A program made the position numbers and the translations under genes. Of a stretch of DNA of 64,000 nucleotides, positions 35,848 to 50,026 are shown one piece after another. Origin of the DNA: Geosiphon pyriformis uo1 (Eukaryota > Fungi > Glomeromycota). The notes beneath the pieces are model-generated. The model saw nothing but the letters and a program-made list of their open reading frames with translations. It had not been told where the DNA came from and ran no database searches. The stretch's first letter is position 1; each line of letters opens with the position of its first letter. The stretch covers positions 1,681,538 through 1,745,537 of the forward strand of contig JAAOMT010000128.1 of the NCBI GenBank assembly GCA_016748015.1, written 5' to 3'.

Positions 35848-37052
35848 TTGGTATATTGGAAAAAAAACAAAAAATTACAATTATTTATATAAAACACTTT
35901 CAAGCTTAACAAAAAAATAGCATAACAACAAACTACTATCAGTTATCAACAAATTTAAAGTTAGAAATAAAGTTTGGTTACATAAAATTAAGACTGAAAA
36001 ACAATAAAGTAAAAAATTAGATTATAAATAAGACAGATTATTTTATATAAAATTCTAAAAAATAGATTATATAAATTAAAACTTAATAACAAAGTTCTAA
36101 AAAAAGTTATACATAGTAACAAACTTAAATATTATTATTCCAAAACCAATTCTAAACTCTTAATTTCACAAATTAGTACACAATTTTTCTTGTTTAGTTT
36201 TAAAAATATTTTTTAAAACTTTAAATTAATAGTTGTTATTGAATAAGTTCTAAATTTAAATATTTAAAATTTAATTTCTTCTATAATTATTTTTTATATT
36301 TTAGAAACAATTTTACAAAAACAAAACAAAACAAAAACAAAACAAAAAAACAAACCAAAAATAACATAAAAACTTTACATATTAAAAATATTTTCATTTA
36401 TTTATATTCTTATTAGTTATTATAAATATTTCTTAAAATATTCAACAATTATTTCAAAAATTAATATTAATTCTAAATTATTACTCGAATTATTTATAAC
36501 TATTACTGAAAAACATATTAATTACATCCAAACACAAATTTACAAAATTACTATCTTTATAGAAAAAATAAAAGAAGTTATTTTGAAATTTACTTATTAG
36601 AACTTTTAAACCAAGTTTTAAAAAAGAATTTAATGTTCACATCTATTAATATTTTACCAAATACTACAATTTAACAAAAATTTTAACAGTGTTTTAATAA
36701 ACAAAACAATAAATATCTTCTAATTTATAAATATTTCTATATTAGAAAAACACTTTACAAAAAAAACTAAAGCTTAAAACAGCAAACAATAAATTCAAGA
36801 TAATAATTAGACTAATAAATACTTATTATAAACTTAGAACAGTTTTTAGACTCTATAATCTATTTTATACTTGTAAAAACATTCTATAAAACCTAATTTT
36901 ACAATTTTTAAAAATTTAATATATTAAAAAACTTACAGAATTGAAATTTCAACAATTTTTAAACCAAATTTCTTCAATAATTTTGGATTATTATCTGGAA
37001 ATTACAAACAATACTTAAACTTTAATAAAGCTTAATATTGAAAAAAAGATTA

Positions 37053-38028
37053 TATTATTAGTTAAAATTTGAGATAATAATTAACATAAAATTATTTTTA
37101 TAATTTTTATTATTAATTAGTATAAATTATCATTTTAATTTATTACTTATTATTTTATTAAATTATTCAAATTATCATTTAATTAATAACCTGATTTGTA
37201 CAGAACACAAATATAATCAAATTATAATAATTAGATTATATAATATACTAAATTATATAACATTTAAAATTTACTAAAATAGTTAGTAATTTAACAAAAT
37301 ATTTAATAGTTTATCAAAATAATTTATGAATTTACAGCAATAATTTGTAGTTTAACAAAATGTATTTTTAGTTTGCTGAAATATTAAAAAAAAAGTATTA
37401 GATTATAAAATAGTATTATAATAAGTTGTATAAAAAAAACTTTTTTTATTAAAAAAGTGTATCTTAGTTTAAAATTTTTTTATTAGATATTAATTAAAAC
37501 TCTTTTTTATACATATTAATTTCAATAAAACCTAATTTAAAAAACATAAAATTTTTAATAATTTTTGTTTTAAAATTAACTATTTTACTAATATTTTGAA
37601 ATTGATTAGCTATTAATTTTAGTAACTTTTAGTAATTTTTAAGTTTATATCTAAAACAACTTTTTTAATATATTTTTTTATTTCTTTTTTTTAGTTTATT
37701 TTCTTTTTTTTTATATTATTAAGTAATTTATAATCGAAATTTCTTGTAAAAAAGTTAACTTTTACAGCAAAATAACTACACATATTTTTTAAAAACTTAC
37801 AAATGAAATTTTTTGTAAAAAAATTAACTTTTACTACAAAATAATTATATAAATAATTGGCATAAAATTGGCTATTTTATTATAAGCCCAACAATATACA
37901 TAATTTAAAGTATAAAAAGATACTTTGAAAAAGAAATTAACTTATTAGAGATTTATTGATTTTTATCAATAACAAAATTAATAGCAAATAGTATTAACAA
38001 TATTAAGAAAAAAAAATTTCTAGTAATA
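37053..38028 (+). repeat. 3' LTR of B
   Basis: Follows a decayed PPT (gaaaaaaaga); aligns with 1526-2225. Confidence 0.8.
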
Positions 38029-38032
38029 CTAT

Positions 38033-41000
38033 TCTATTGTGAATATTTATTAAAAATATTCAAAAAAATTAAGAATTAATTACAAATTTTTAAAACTAAA
38101 CCTAAAAGATATTAAAATAAGACTATTATTATTATTAACTTGTATTTGCCAATTAAAAATTATAAAAAAATAAAAATTTTAATTCTCAATAATATTAAAA
38201 ACTATGTAAAATATCAGTAAATAGTATTATTGAATATTTGAATTCAGGAATTAAAGACCAATTACCAATCAATATATTAAATTTTAATTAATTATACAAA
38301 TATATAAACTTTATATTCTAAATTTGGGTTTAAAAAAATAAATGTTATTTGTTTTAACCAAAACAATTAAAACAAATAAACTTAAAAAGTCTGAATCAAT
38401 TATAAAAAATATAACTTTAAATATTATTTAAATAATACACTAATATTTTTACAAGTAAAAATAAATTTAAAAAAATAGATATAATTTAACACAAATAAAA
38501 ACTGAAAATACAATACTAATTAAGCAAAAAACATATAAAATATTATCAACTAATTATGATATTATTAGAAAAAAAATCAATTAGATATTAAACAGTAAAT
38601 TAATTCAATTATTTATAAATTTATAATTATTACTATTAATATTAATACAAAAAAAATGGCAAAATCTAGTTTTGTATAAATTATCAAAAATTCAACAGTA
38701 TTATTTATAATAATAGTTATCTAATTCTATAAATCAAAAATTATTTGATTTATTCAAAAAAAAATGGTTTTTTATATTAAATTTAAACAGTAACTATTGG
38801 CAAATAGTCATAAATTCAAATAAAAAAAACAGCATTTACAATTAAAAAAACTTTAAATTTTAAGTAATATTATTTGGTTTAATTAATGTATCTATTATAT
38901 TTTAATGGCTAATAAAAATTGTTTATTCTAATATACTGTAAAAAACAGTAATTATTTATTTAAATAATATTAATTTGTTTTCAAAAATATTTGATAAACA
39001 TTTTTACTATTTACAATAAGTATTTGAAAGACTAAGATATATTAAATTAAAATTAAATACAAACAAATATTTTTTTGAAAAAACAGAACTCAAGTTTTTA
39101 GAACATATAATTGAAAAAAAAAACATTAAAATATATTTGAATAAAATTAAAAAAGTAAAAAACTTTCCAAAACCAAAAAATTTAATAAAGCTCAAAGGCT
39201 TTTTAAAATTAACTGGATATTATTAATAATTTAAACAAAACTTTTTAACAATTACACAATTATTTTACTAGTTTCAAACTAAAAATATTTAATACAAGTA
39301 GACAAATATACAACAATAAGTTTTTAAAAAACTAAGACAAAAATTTATACAAACTCTAGTTTTAATATATTTAGATTATAATAAGAGATTTATAATTATT
39401 ATTAATGCTTTCAAATCAACATTAAGAGCAGTATTATTATAAAAAAAATCAAATAAAAGAGAATATTTAATAATATATATTAGCAGAAGCTAGAGTCTAA
39501 CAAAAAAAACACTTAGCAATATATTAAACTGTAATCAAACAAAAAATATTTACATTAAAAGTTTGGTGTCTATATTGACCATAAAAAATTGACATTATTA
39601 GCCAAAAAAAAATTAACTAATAATAGAATTGCCAAATAAAAAACCATTTTTTTATTTTTTAAATATAAAATACATTATAAAAAAAGAAAATACTGATAAT
39701 TTATTACGAATAAAACAACTAAAAAAATAAAAACAACAACAAAAACAACAAATAAATAATAAAAACTATTAATAATTAATCTATTATATTATTACTAAAC
39801 AATTCAAAAAAAATTATCTTAAAATAAACAAAATAAAATTTATTAACAAATTAAATATTATATTAATTACCAAAATATACTATATTAAAAAAACCAATAA
39901 AATCCAATCAATCTATTAAGAATAATAAAAAAACAATAAAAAAACAATATTGTTTAATATATATTTAGATTTAGCAGCAAAACATTTTAATTAAAAGTCA
40001 ATATTAAAGAAAACTAAGCAATTATATTATTAACTAACAATATATTTAAACATAAAACAATATATGTAAGATTACAATGAATTATTTTATTAAATGGCTA
40101 AAAGCTAAAATTATACAAAAAGTTAATATAAAATTAGTAACCAAATCTGTTTATTAAAACTTAATATATTGATATAGATATTCAAAAAAACTACTATTAA
40201 ATCAAGAAATTTACTTTGTAAACAAAATATTAGCAAAATTAAACCAAAAATTTGGAGTTAAAAGACCATTGTTATTATTATATTATTCATAAATAAATAA
40301 CTTAATTAAAAGATTTAATAAAATATTATATAAAGCATTAGCTAAAATCAGTTAAAAAAACCAAAATAAATAAGATATATTTATATTATTAGTACTATTT
40401 ACTTATCAAAAAATAAAGCAAAATACTGTTCAAATAACATTATTTAAACAAATATATGACAGAATAATAATATTATCAATAAAAAAAAAATAGCAATATA
40501 TTTAACAAAACTAATAACAAAAAACACATTTTAAATTATACTGTTAAAACAAATATATAACTTAATAAAAACTTTAAAAAACAAAAAAAAAGCAGTTAAT
40601 TGTATTAAAAAAAACAAAAAAAAATATAATAGTTAGTTTTTAAACAAATTAGCTAAATTTAAAATTGAAAACAAAATGTTTTTATATTATACAAAAATAG
40701 AAAACCAATAAAATAAAAAATTTAATCTAAGGTAAAACAAATTATTCTATATTGAAAAAATACTTGAAAATAGATCATATAAACTATAATTAGAAAACAA
40801 AATTTTAATTAAAACAATACATAAAAATTAATTAAAGTTATATTATAACAAAATATTAATAATTTTTAGTACACTTTAATTAAAAACACAAAAAATATTA
40901 ATTAAATCAGATAAGATTTTACAAGATTTAAAACCAATTATTATTATTGAAGCCAGTATATTATAAAACTAAAAATTGTTATAAATATAATCAAAACATA

Positions 41001-43214
41001 CAAAAAACAAAATAAAAAAATAAAAATAATAGATAAGATATATGTAATAACACAATAATTGTTTTAAATATTGGAATCTAAAAACTTAAACATAAAAATA
41101 ACAATTAATAGACAAGAAATTTATTATAAAAATACTCAAAAAAACAAAACAGTTGAAAAAACTTCATACAGCAAAACTTAAAAACAAGAAAATAATTATA
41201 TATAAAAATTTGTTAGAAAAATAAAAGAGACTTTTGGAAACTTAACAACAAATATTTAATTAAAGAAACTAATACAAAAACTAAAAAAGTTAAAAAGAAC
41301 AATTTCTAATAATATATTGTTATTATTATTTAAAACAATAATTAAATATTCAAAAATTATATATAAACAGTTCTAAATAAGTATTTAACAAAAAAATAAT
41401 ACAACAAATAAAACATTTTATTGAAAAAAACAACTTAATAACCCATTTAAAAGCAATCTATTAACTGTATATAATGTTTTATAAATACAATAAAATACTA
41501 TTATACTCAATCATAGAAAACTTAACAGCAAACTAATTGAAAAAAATAATTAATTTACAATTTAAAAATTTAAAAACAGAAGTTTTTAAAATTATAATGA
41601 AAAAAAAATAAGTAAACTTATTTAAAAAAAATTTTAAGAGATTTTGCAGGAGTTTAATATTAAAAAAGAAAAAATAATAATAGTATAAATAGCTAATAAT
41701 AAAATAGAAAATTATTAAAACATATAATATTAAAAATTTTAAAAATTTTAGAAATACTAACAGAAATATTAGAAATTCTAAAAATTTTAAGAATCTAACA
41801 ATAATTCAAAAAAATTATAGAAATTTCAGAAATTTTATATTATAAAATTTATATATATATAACAAAAATAATAAAAGCCAAAGAAATATTAAAAAAAAAA
41901 CAAATCAGTTTACTTTAAGATTAGTTTAGTTATTTTTATTTTAAATAAAACTACAAATCAAATAAATTATTCATTAAATTTATATTATTTATTTATTAAT
42001 AAATTTAAGACTGTTTTATTAAAACTTATATTATTATTATATTAATGCTAATAATATTTACTATAACTACTTAATAATACTAAAACAATAGTTTTTTATT
42101 ATGACTATTAATAAAATACTAATTATTACTTTATCATTTTATTATTGTGGTTATTTTAAATTACTAACTAATTATAAAAAATACTAAGAATATAAAGTTA
42201 AAAATTGTTTAATAAAAGATACTAAAAAAGAATATAAACATAGTTAAGAATTAGAATTGCTTAATAAAAAAGTGTAAACACCAAAATAAATTAATTACTA
42301 AGTTGAAAAAATCTTAAATCTATTATTAACTATTATTTATTAAATTTTTGTTGTTATAAATATTTATTTAAATATTAAAATAAATAACAAACTTATAACT
42401 TAATGTTTAATAAGTAATTATAAGAATAAGTTCTGAAAATTTTTATGATCTGAAAATTTTAATTGAGTTTTTTATATAATAAACAAAAATTTAATAGCAA
42501 ATAGTTAATAATACTTGATGTTTAATTTTTTAGTATAGTAACTGGTTTATTCTAATAACTTTTCTAATAAATAATTCTTAATATTTAATTTATACTTTGT
42601 TTTGGTATTTTTTACTAGATAATTTCTAATGTTATAATCTTAACACTTTTCTTAATCAATTTTAGCAAACAAACAAAATAAAAAAAATAAAAAAAAATTA
42701 AGAAATTAATATTCTGTCAATAGTCATGATCAAAAGCTATTGTTTTAATATAATTAAGTATTAGTTAATATTAGCATAAATTGCTAAAATGACAAAAAAT
42801 AATAAATAATTCAATTAAATAATAATAATAACATAAATTAAATAATAATTAATAATTTTATTAATAAATAGATAATTTTATTTTAAGTAATAACAAACTA
42901 ACTTTTAAAATAACTAAAAAAAGATAAGACTAAATCTTGAATTTTTTTCTGTCTTTTTTTACTTTTACTACTATATATAAAATCCTAAAATCCTAAAAAT
43001 ATTATTAGAATTTTAAAATTCTGAAATTCCAGTTAAAAAAAATTCTGGAATTTTTTTTTACTATGCTTATTTTTAATTATTATATAATAATATTGTTTAT
43101 TATACAAAAAACTCCAACTTAAAATCTTTAAAAAATCTTCAGAATATATTAAATTTAATCTGAGTACCAAGTTATAAAAACATTAAAACTCATTCAAAAA
43201 ATTTACTTGTAATA
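38033..43214 (+). mobile_element. Gypsy element A, right part: decayed RT-RH, integrase, ORF3 and 3' LTR (~41680-43214)
   Basis: RT remnants (e.g. ctattggcaaata = YWQI), NTDNLLR...stop at ~39730, ORF3 motif YCYYYLKQ.LNIQKLY, pre-PPT motif at 41640, LTR similar to the E family. Confidence 0.75.
42352..43092 (-). mobile_element. Solo LTR G (E-family related), inverted inside the 3' LTR of A
   Basis: Reverse complement matches the E LTR. TSD TTGT at 42348-42351 and 43093-43096. A's LTR rejoins as taaatttttgt|ttattatacaaaaaactc. Confidence 0.8.
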
Positions 43215-43941
43215 ACATAAAATATTTTTTTAGAATAGATTTTTTTTTAAAATTAATATAAAAATACTTTTAAGTTTTTTACAAATTTATTTAAAAATTT
43301 GTAATAAATATTAAATTATAATTTATTTTTAAATATGTTAAAAATTATATTTTTTAAACAAAAAATTTAATTAAAAAACAAAACTTTAATTTAATTTTAA
43401 TAATAATATGTTAAATAAATTAATAATTATAATTTAAATACATATATTACAATTTTATATTGTTTTATTTATAAATATGTTAATATAAACCAATTATTTA
43501 ACATAATTTATTTTATATTATATTTATTGTACTTTTAATTGTTTAAATAATTTTAATCAAATAAAATATATATTTAAAAAAATATTAATATTTTACATTT
43601 TAAGAAAAACAAAAATATTTACTTTTGTTAATTTCTAAAAAACATTTAATTTATGAAAATTTATATTATATGAGCAAATTCTAAACCATTTATTAAGGGC
43701 TAAAGAATTTAAAACATTAAGAAATATCATAAAAAGCTAAACATAAATTTGACTCAAAATTAAGGAAATTTGCAAAAAGTATTTACCATCCTATTTGATG
43801 GCTGCACAAAACATAAAACCGTCAACTTTTCACTTTTCATCTAATATTCTGGTCGTCTTCCCGATTAAGTTCCTCCGTTACACTTTTCACCATTTCTTTC
43901 GGAGTTATCTCGTTGGAATCTAACTCGATAGGTTCATAATC

Positions 43942-46900
43942 TTAATATGCCTGAGATTCTGGGTCGTAGTCCACATCTGGTTGGGATTCTGGGTCATGAA
44001 CCTCACCCAAATGAGAATCTCTTTCATAAACCTGAGCTAGAATGGGTGTTGGTTGATGTGCCTCCTCCGGAAAGAATTCAGTAATGTCCTCTTCACCTAG
44101 ATTGGATTCTGTCTCATTTTGAAATTCTTCCAGCATCGGAACATCCACAAGCTCGGGAACATTGCGGGTTATTTCACTAAATGAATAATTTTCTTGAAAA
44201 CGGCCTTGATGGATGTCAAGACAAGCATTGAAGATTTCATCAGGAACCTCGGGATTGACCTTTGTCTGAAAATATGAGTCCGCTGTAGATGAAATAGGCA
44301 AACTACGAGGGGTAGCTGATAAGTGCTATACAAACGTGTAATGAAATATGACATGTGTTAATTTATAGAATCATTGAACTAATTTACATATTGGAGAATA
44401 ATTTCATCAAAGAACCTTATATCGAAGCAACCGAGGCCCACCAAACAACTCTCTTTGTCTTTCAAATTCTGTACGTGAATTCAGATAGAATGGTTGCTTA
44501 TAGTAGCGTGACGTAACTCTTCCACTGTGTTCCAAAATCCTCTTTTTTAATTCTGCATAAAGATCGTTACCGGCTGTAAGGGGGCTAATATGCTCCCAAA
44601 CTTGTAGTATTTGTTGTTCCACCTGTTCTTCACCAGTGAGTCTCTTGAATTTCTTGGTTTCAGCCAAATGTTGAAATAGTAGTAAACTAGGCTCAACATC
44701 ATTATATTCATCTTCGAATACATTTCCTTCATCAGAATGCCACGCATCATCCTCAGATTCTAAATATGATTCCTCTAAAACTGTTTGCACCTGATCCCCT
44801 TTAACGAATTCTTGGAAATTGCGTCGGCCTAATGATTTTCCATCTTTGTTTGTATCCGACTTTCTTCTCCCTGAATCTATAAGATGATTTTGAAATGAAA
44901 GTACAGAATCACTATTTTTTCGCGAAGGAGCACGTGAATGGCTATCATCAATATCCATTCTATCTTCCTCGCCTGAATCCATGGCAAAACGACCACGAAC
45001 ATCGTTATCATGTATTGTCAAGGTGCGATTATGTTGACCTGAGGAAGAGACCCGGATATTGGTGTTTACTGTAGGTAGCCCACGACGACTTCCGGGAGAA
45101 TTGGACTGCTCATATGTAAAGTGGCTGGGGGACATAAAGATGGGTGAACGTTGATTGCGATTGCCGCCAGATTGTTGTCCAGGGGATGAATTAATCCCTG
45201 TACTTCCGATATTTGGACTATTAGATAAATTGCGACTTGATTGCGAGAAGTCTTCGTTACGAAAAGGCTCATTTCGCTCATACATATCTATGGGGCCACT
45301 GCGGTTAAATGTTGAGATGGCACGCAATTGGACCGGTGGGGCGAGGGATGTACCGTAAGAAGGCCTTCGTGGCCCAGATGATGGATCATGATCAGAGCTA
45401 AATCGTCTTTCATTAAAGCCTGAAGAAGTGCTAGACCGATTATGGATAGAAAATTGGGAAAGTTGTGTGGGAGATGTTTGGGATTTATTCGAGGAAGGGG
45501 GCGGGGATTTCATGGTAACGCTGCTGCCTGTATTACCACGCAATCGCATTGGTAAAGACTCTGACTGCCGATCGTTACTGGATCTTTGTTCTTTAGTTAA
45601 AATATCCTTTTTTGATGCACTATTTGGGGAATAAGAACTCATTGAACTTTCGTCTTTCGCATATGAAAGACTGTTTGCATCTCGATGGGGCAATTCCTTG
45701 TTTTCTTCTAGATTTCCAATTTCTCGTGAATCATGTTCAAAGTGCCAACTTTTTTTACGCGAAACTTGTTCAGTATCATTTCTTTTAAGAGATTCACGGT
45801 CAACTTTCTGAATATCGTTAGTGGGGCCGATTGTTGTATCACGATTAAGAATTTCGGTAACGGGTTTCTTTCGGGGAATCTCACTTTCCGACTTTTCACC
45901 AGGGAAGATCCAACGACTTTCACGTGAGAGAGTGTTGAAATAATAAATTTTATTCTTACTAGAGAGACACTTTTTCCACGGGTAAGGAAGCGGGGGCTCA
46001 TCATTAGCTAAAGGTAGTATCTTTGATTCTCTTTTTGGGCGATCGATATTCTTATCGGTAATATTTCTGTTATCTAATTGGTCCTTTGAGCCATCTCGCT
46101 CACCTTCGTTAACAGAATGGAAATTCTTATCCGATTCACTTCGACGATTGTTGATCTCTGTCCGAGCAACACGTGACCCGATGTCCATTTCAACATCGCG
46201 TGATACACGTCTTTCGGATTCACGTGAGTATCGATCATTGGGTTGGCGTTGAGCTTCTGTTTTTTCAGAATTAGTTGGGCTGACATCTTCATCATCACGA
46301 ATTCTTTCTCTTCGTTGGTCAGAATGTTCTTTTTCAGTAAATCCATTATTGTTGCGATACTCCCTTTCACGTATTTCACGATCCATCTCCCAAGATGGCT
46401 TTCGCTCATTTTCTCTTTGGTAGCGCTCTGTCAAGGTGTCCATAGGCCGGTCACGAAGTTGATCTCTTTCTCTGGGATAATCAATTCTGTATCTATCAGG
46501 TCCGAGCATATCGTTCCTTTGTTCACGATCACGTAATTCACGGTCAAAATCACGAATTGGTCTGCGTTCAGAATCTCTGGGATGAGAATCTGATAGAGGA
46601 CGATAGAGATCAGGAAGTGCACCGCTACGATCATGTAAAAGACGATCACGATCATCCCGACGGCCTATCAATTCTCTATCTTTTTCGCGGTTCAGAACAT
46701 TACGAGAAATTTCCTTTGTAGGATAATCATCGCGAGAGCGTGTTTCTCTATTTCGCAAATCAAATTGACGATGATTTGTAGTAAATTCATTTCGTGAGTC
46801 TCTATCACTAGTTTCTTTTTGGTCATTTGCTTCAAACTCTTCCCGAGTTCTTTTTTCAGCTCTATTGATTTCGGTGTTTACTTGTTCATCACGTGAGCGA

Positions 46901-49206
46901 TAGTCATTGGCATGATCCTTGGATTCAGCTGAAGCAGATCGATGATGTGATGATAAGTCGACTTTAGTCAACTCTTTTTGAGTTCTTTCTAAAGAGTCGA
47001 AGGTGACCTTATCACGATCTTTAGAGTAGATTTCCTTGTTGCTTTTTTCGGATAATGCCTTTTCAGAGCTGTGTTCATCACTTTTACGGCTCCCTTGATC
47101 TTCACTTCTGCGCCCGCTGATAAAATCTTTCTCTTGTGTTTTAATTCGGGCAGAAACTGAATCTTTAACTTGTTCATGCCGCAATCGAGAGTCTCGCTCT
47201 CGATCCCTAAATAAATCTTCCCGTTGAGTAAAATCACGGACTTTATCCCTTATAATATCACGATCTTTGAGAGGTTCGTCGCGGGTATTAACCTCTTTTT
47301 CACGAGGTCGAAATGGTTCTTCGCGCAATTTGAAGTCCCTTTCTTTTTCACGTGGCAATTCTTCACGTTGACGTAATTCTCTTTCCTTATCTTTCAACAT
47401 ATCTTCACGTTGCCGAATATCTCTTTCTCGATCTCGTGATAAAACTTCACGGGATCTAGAATCCTTTTCTCGATCTTTTAACAAATCGTCTCTGTGTGTT
47501 CTATCAGAGGATCGTTCCCCAGGTAAAGGCACTCGCTCTCTTGCAGATACACTAGAAGAACGACTGATCTCACCGGCTCGGTTCGTAGTTGTAGATACAC
47601 TTTCCGATCCAGAATTTCCTTTCTCTATATCACTACGATCCCGTTCTCTGTTATATTTGTCACGTTCATTTTTGCGAGGTATATCTAAAAGGCTTTTACT
47701 CTCCAGAATACTTTTATTGTATCTTTCTTGACGTTCACGCTCACGCCTTTCTCTTTCCATGCTTCGATCGATTGGTAGCAGGGCTCTTTCGGCAGCTAGT
47801 GCCCTATTATACCTCTCTTCTCTTTCTCTTTCGCGTGCATCACGGTCCAAACCCCGGATCCTGCGATCATCAATGACAGATAGATGCCCAATTGAATCAC
47901 CACTCGGACGTACAAAGCGTTCTCGATCATGATGTCTTTCTTTATCTGCAATACGTCCATCTTCTGATGATGGCTGACTGCGAATTCTTCCTGAAGAGTC
48001 TTTAGTGTTGACACTTTCTTTTGGCCGTGGTTGATCTCTGTCCCGATCTCTCTCGCGTTCTTTTGGTGAATCTCGACGCGAAGAGGGCTCTTGAGCGGCA
48101 ATATTGTTGCTTTCATTTGTTATATTGTCATCTTTAAAATCAGTGATTTCACCTAGTTCATTATCTTCACCCCCATTCGAAGAATCGTCGTCATCAGCTT
48201 GAATTGAAATAACGTCTTCTTTAGTCGGCTCAGACTCATCCAATGATACTACCGATTCCTTTGAATCATCGTAATTGTGTTTTTGCCTTTTTGATGATAC
48301 ATCAATAGGATTTACACCTGAAATAGGCAGAGAATCTTCTGGCTGTTTTCGTTGCACCTCATTCTTGGTTGAGGTAGTTGACTCTCGTTTTTCTTTAAGT
48401 TCGGGTTCGTTACAACCACTATTTTGAGGAATATCTCCTTTTTCCTTTTGGAGATTTGTTTCCCTAGGAAAATTATATGAACCGCAGTTACATTTAATTT
48501 ATGCAAGTTCCCGAATAAATTTATTAGGTAAGACTTTAGTACCTGGAAGAAGAGGGCTTCAATTCTTTTGAGCTAATAGTTTCTGTTTTATTGTCCTTCT
48601 TATTACTTTCTTGAGTGTCTATTGTTTTCTTCCCATCAGATATATTTGAAACTTGTGGGTTGTTCTTATTGTTTGTATTAATCTCTTTCTTGGGCTTATT
48701 ATCTAGTGGTCCGCGTTCTTTAGGCTTGAACGCTTCAATATTTCGGTCAAATTCGATAGGACCCTGCGGTTCAAGGTCAACCTTTTAAGTAATCATAAAA
48801 GAGAGCGTGTTTCAGCTCGTGGCTGAAAGTCGAACTCTAAATCCGATTACGGTAATAAAGAACCAACCTGGCGTGGAGTTTTCGTATCTTCCGAGACTCT
48901 CCCTTTTTGCTTTCGTATATCCAACCCAAAACCATGTTCAAATTTTTCTTTTTTCGCAACCACTGGTCTATCTATAGATCCGTTTAGAGCATTCTTCGTG
49001 CCCAGTCGTTCAAATACTGATTGTCTAGGTTTTGAGGAAGTCTGTTGTTCGGGTAAAGGATTCCGTTTCTTACGTTGCTGAGGTATGTTGTTGTCTCTTG
49101 GTTGAATCAGGGCAGGTGAAGTTAAAATTGGTGCTGTAACCTGAAACTGAGTTTGAGACTGCCTGGCGGAATTTCGTTTACGGTTATTTGGTCGCTCTGG
49201 CGGCAT
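43942..49206 (-). CDS. Host gene, about 1669 aa: disordered R/E/D mixed-charge protein with one WW domain. Exons 49206-48868, 48781-48543, 48463-44416, 44325-43942
   Basis: Three GT-AG introns join in frame (phases 0, 2, 0; 5010 nt total). WW domain PLPYPWKKCLSSKNKIYYFNTLSRESRWIFP at 45901-45993. No internal stops; CpG retained. Confidence 0.85.
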
Positions 49207-50026
49207 GTTTTCAGGATTCAGAGGTAGTAAAATTAACTCACTAGGCAATCGGTATAGTGTAAGATAAGATTTAAGGGAAGAAAAATAATTGCGGTAGGTT
49301 AAAAAATGGGTAATTTGCGGAGTGCGTAATTTTTTTTCAACAACTCACAGTCGCTCAAAGAAACTTGCAGAGTTGGATGAGGTATGACACAAATCGCTGA
49401 TATCAAATATTGCGATATGGGCTTTGGTGTAAAACGTGACTTTCTTGTTGCAAAATTAGTATTTAATTCAGACACAATTAATTTCGAAGGCCGCAATTGT
49501 TTACAATTGTTGTAATTGGCTGTAGTTAGGCCACAATTATTGATCAAACAAATTGATAATAGTTATTAAGAAGCAGTAATAAACTATAACCCAAAACATT
49601 ATTTATTTGTAGTAATTATTATTATTATTATTATTTTATATGGTTTAACGTGCAAATTCCAATTACTATCTAATACAATATAAGCATTATAGGTTCTAAA
49701 TTAAATATAATTTAGTTCAAACTAATTTATATTGATTTTAAAAAAGAAAACCTATTTTAAAAAAATATTTTATACATAAAAGCAACCAAAATACAATTAT
49801 TTCTAATTATTTTACTTATTTATTTGGCAGTATTATTTGCACTAAGTTTAATTTTAAAACCTTGAAACTTTTAAAAACTATTATATTAACAAATATTTTT
49901 TTATTAACTTTATTATTAATTTTATATTTTACTTTAAGTTTATTAATTTTTTTATATAATTTACTTAATTTATTTTTAAAAACATTAATTTTTAGCTGTA
50001 ATATATAATTGTTTAGTTCAATATAT

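Larger units (their letters stand above)
24161..36245 (+). pseudogene. Element B integrase remnant, interrupted by solo LTR D and element E
   Basis: Starts ata gat cac aaa aac tat (decayed MDH..Y). VG|INLV is split by D and TLLG|ILEK is split by E. Confidence 0.7.
1526..38028 (+). mobile_element. Gypsy LTR retrotransposon B (decayed), host of the LINE, solo LTR D and element E
   Basis: Homologous LTRs at 1526-2225 and 37053-38028. TGG PBS follows 2225. 4-bp TSD ctgt (1522-1525) / ctat (38029-38032). Flanking pol of A rejoins across it. Confidence 0.8.

Noticed and set aside
45066-48116. Small overlapping or antisense ORFs inside the host gene and the retroelements
   Set aside because: They are shadow frames of real coding sequence, with no independent motifs.
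49299-49547. 82-aa minus-strand ORF upstream of the host gene
   Set aside because: Non-ATG start, no motif; more likely promoter or 5' UTR.
50023-50026. TSD for element F
   Set aside because: The flanks atat and aaat differ by a transversion, so F was not counted in the TSD consensus.
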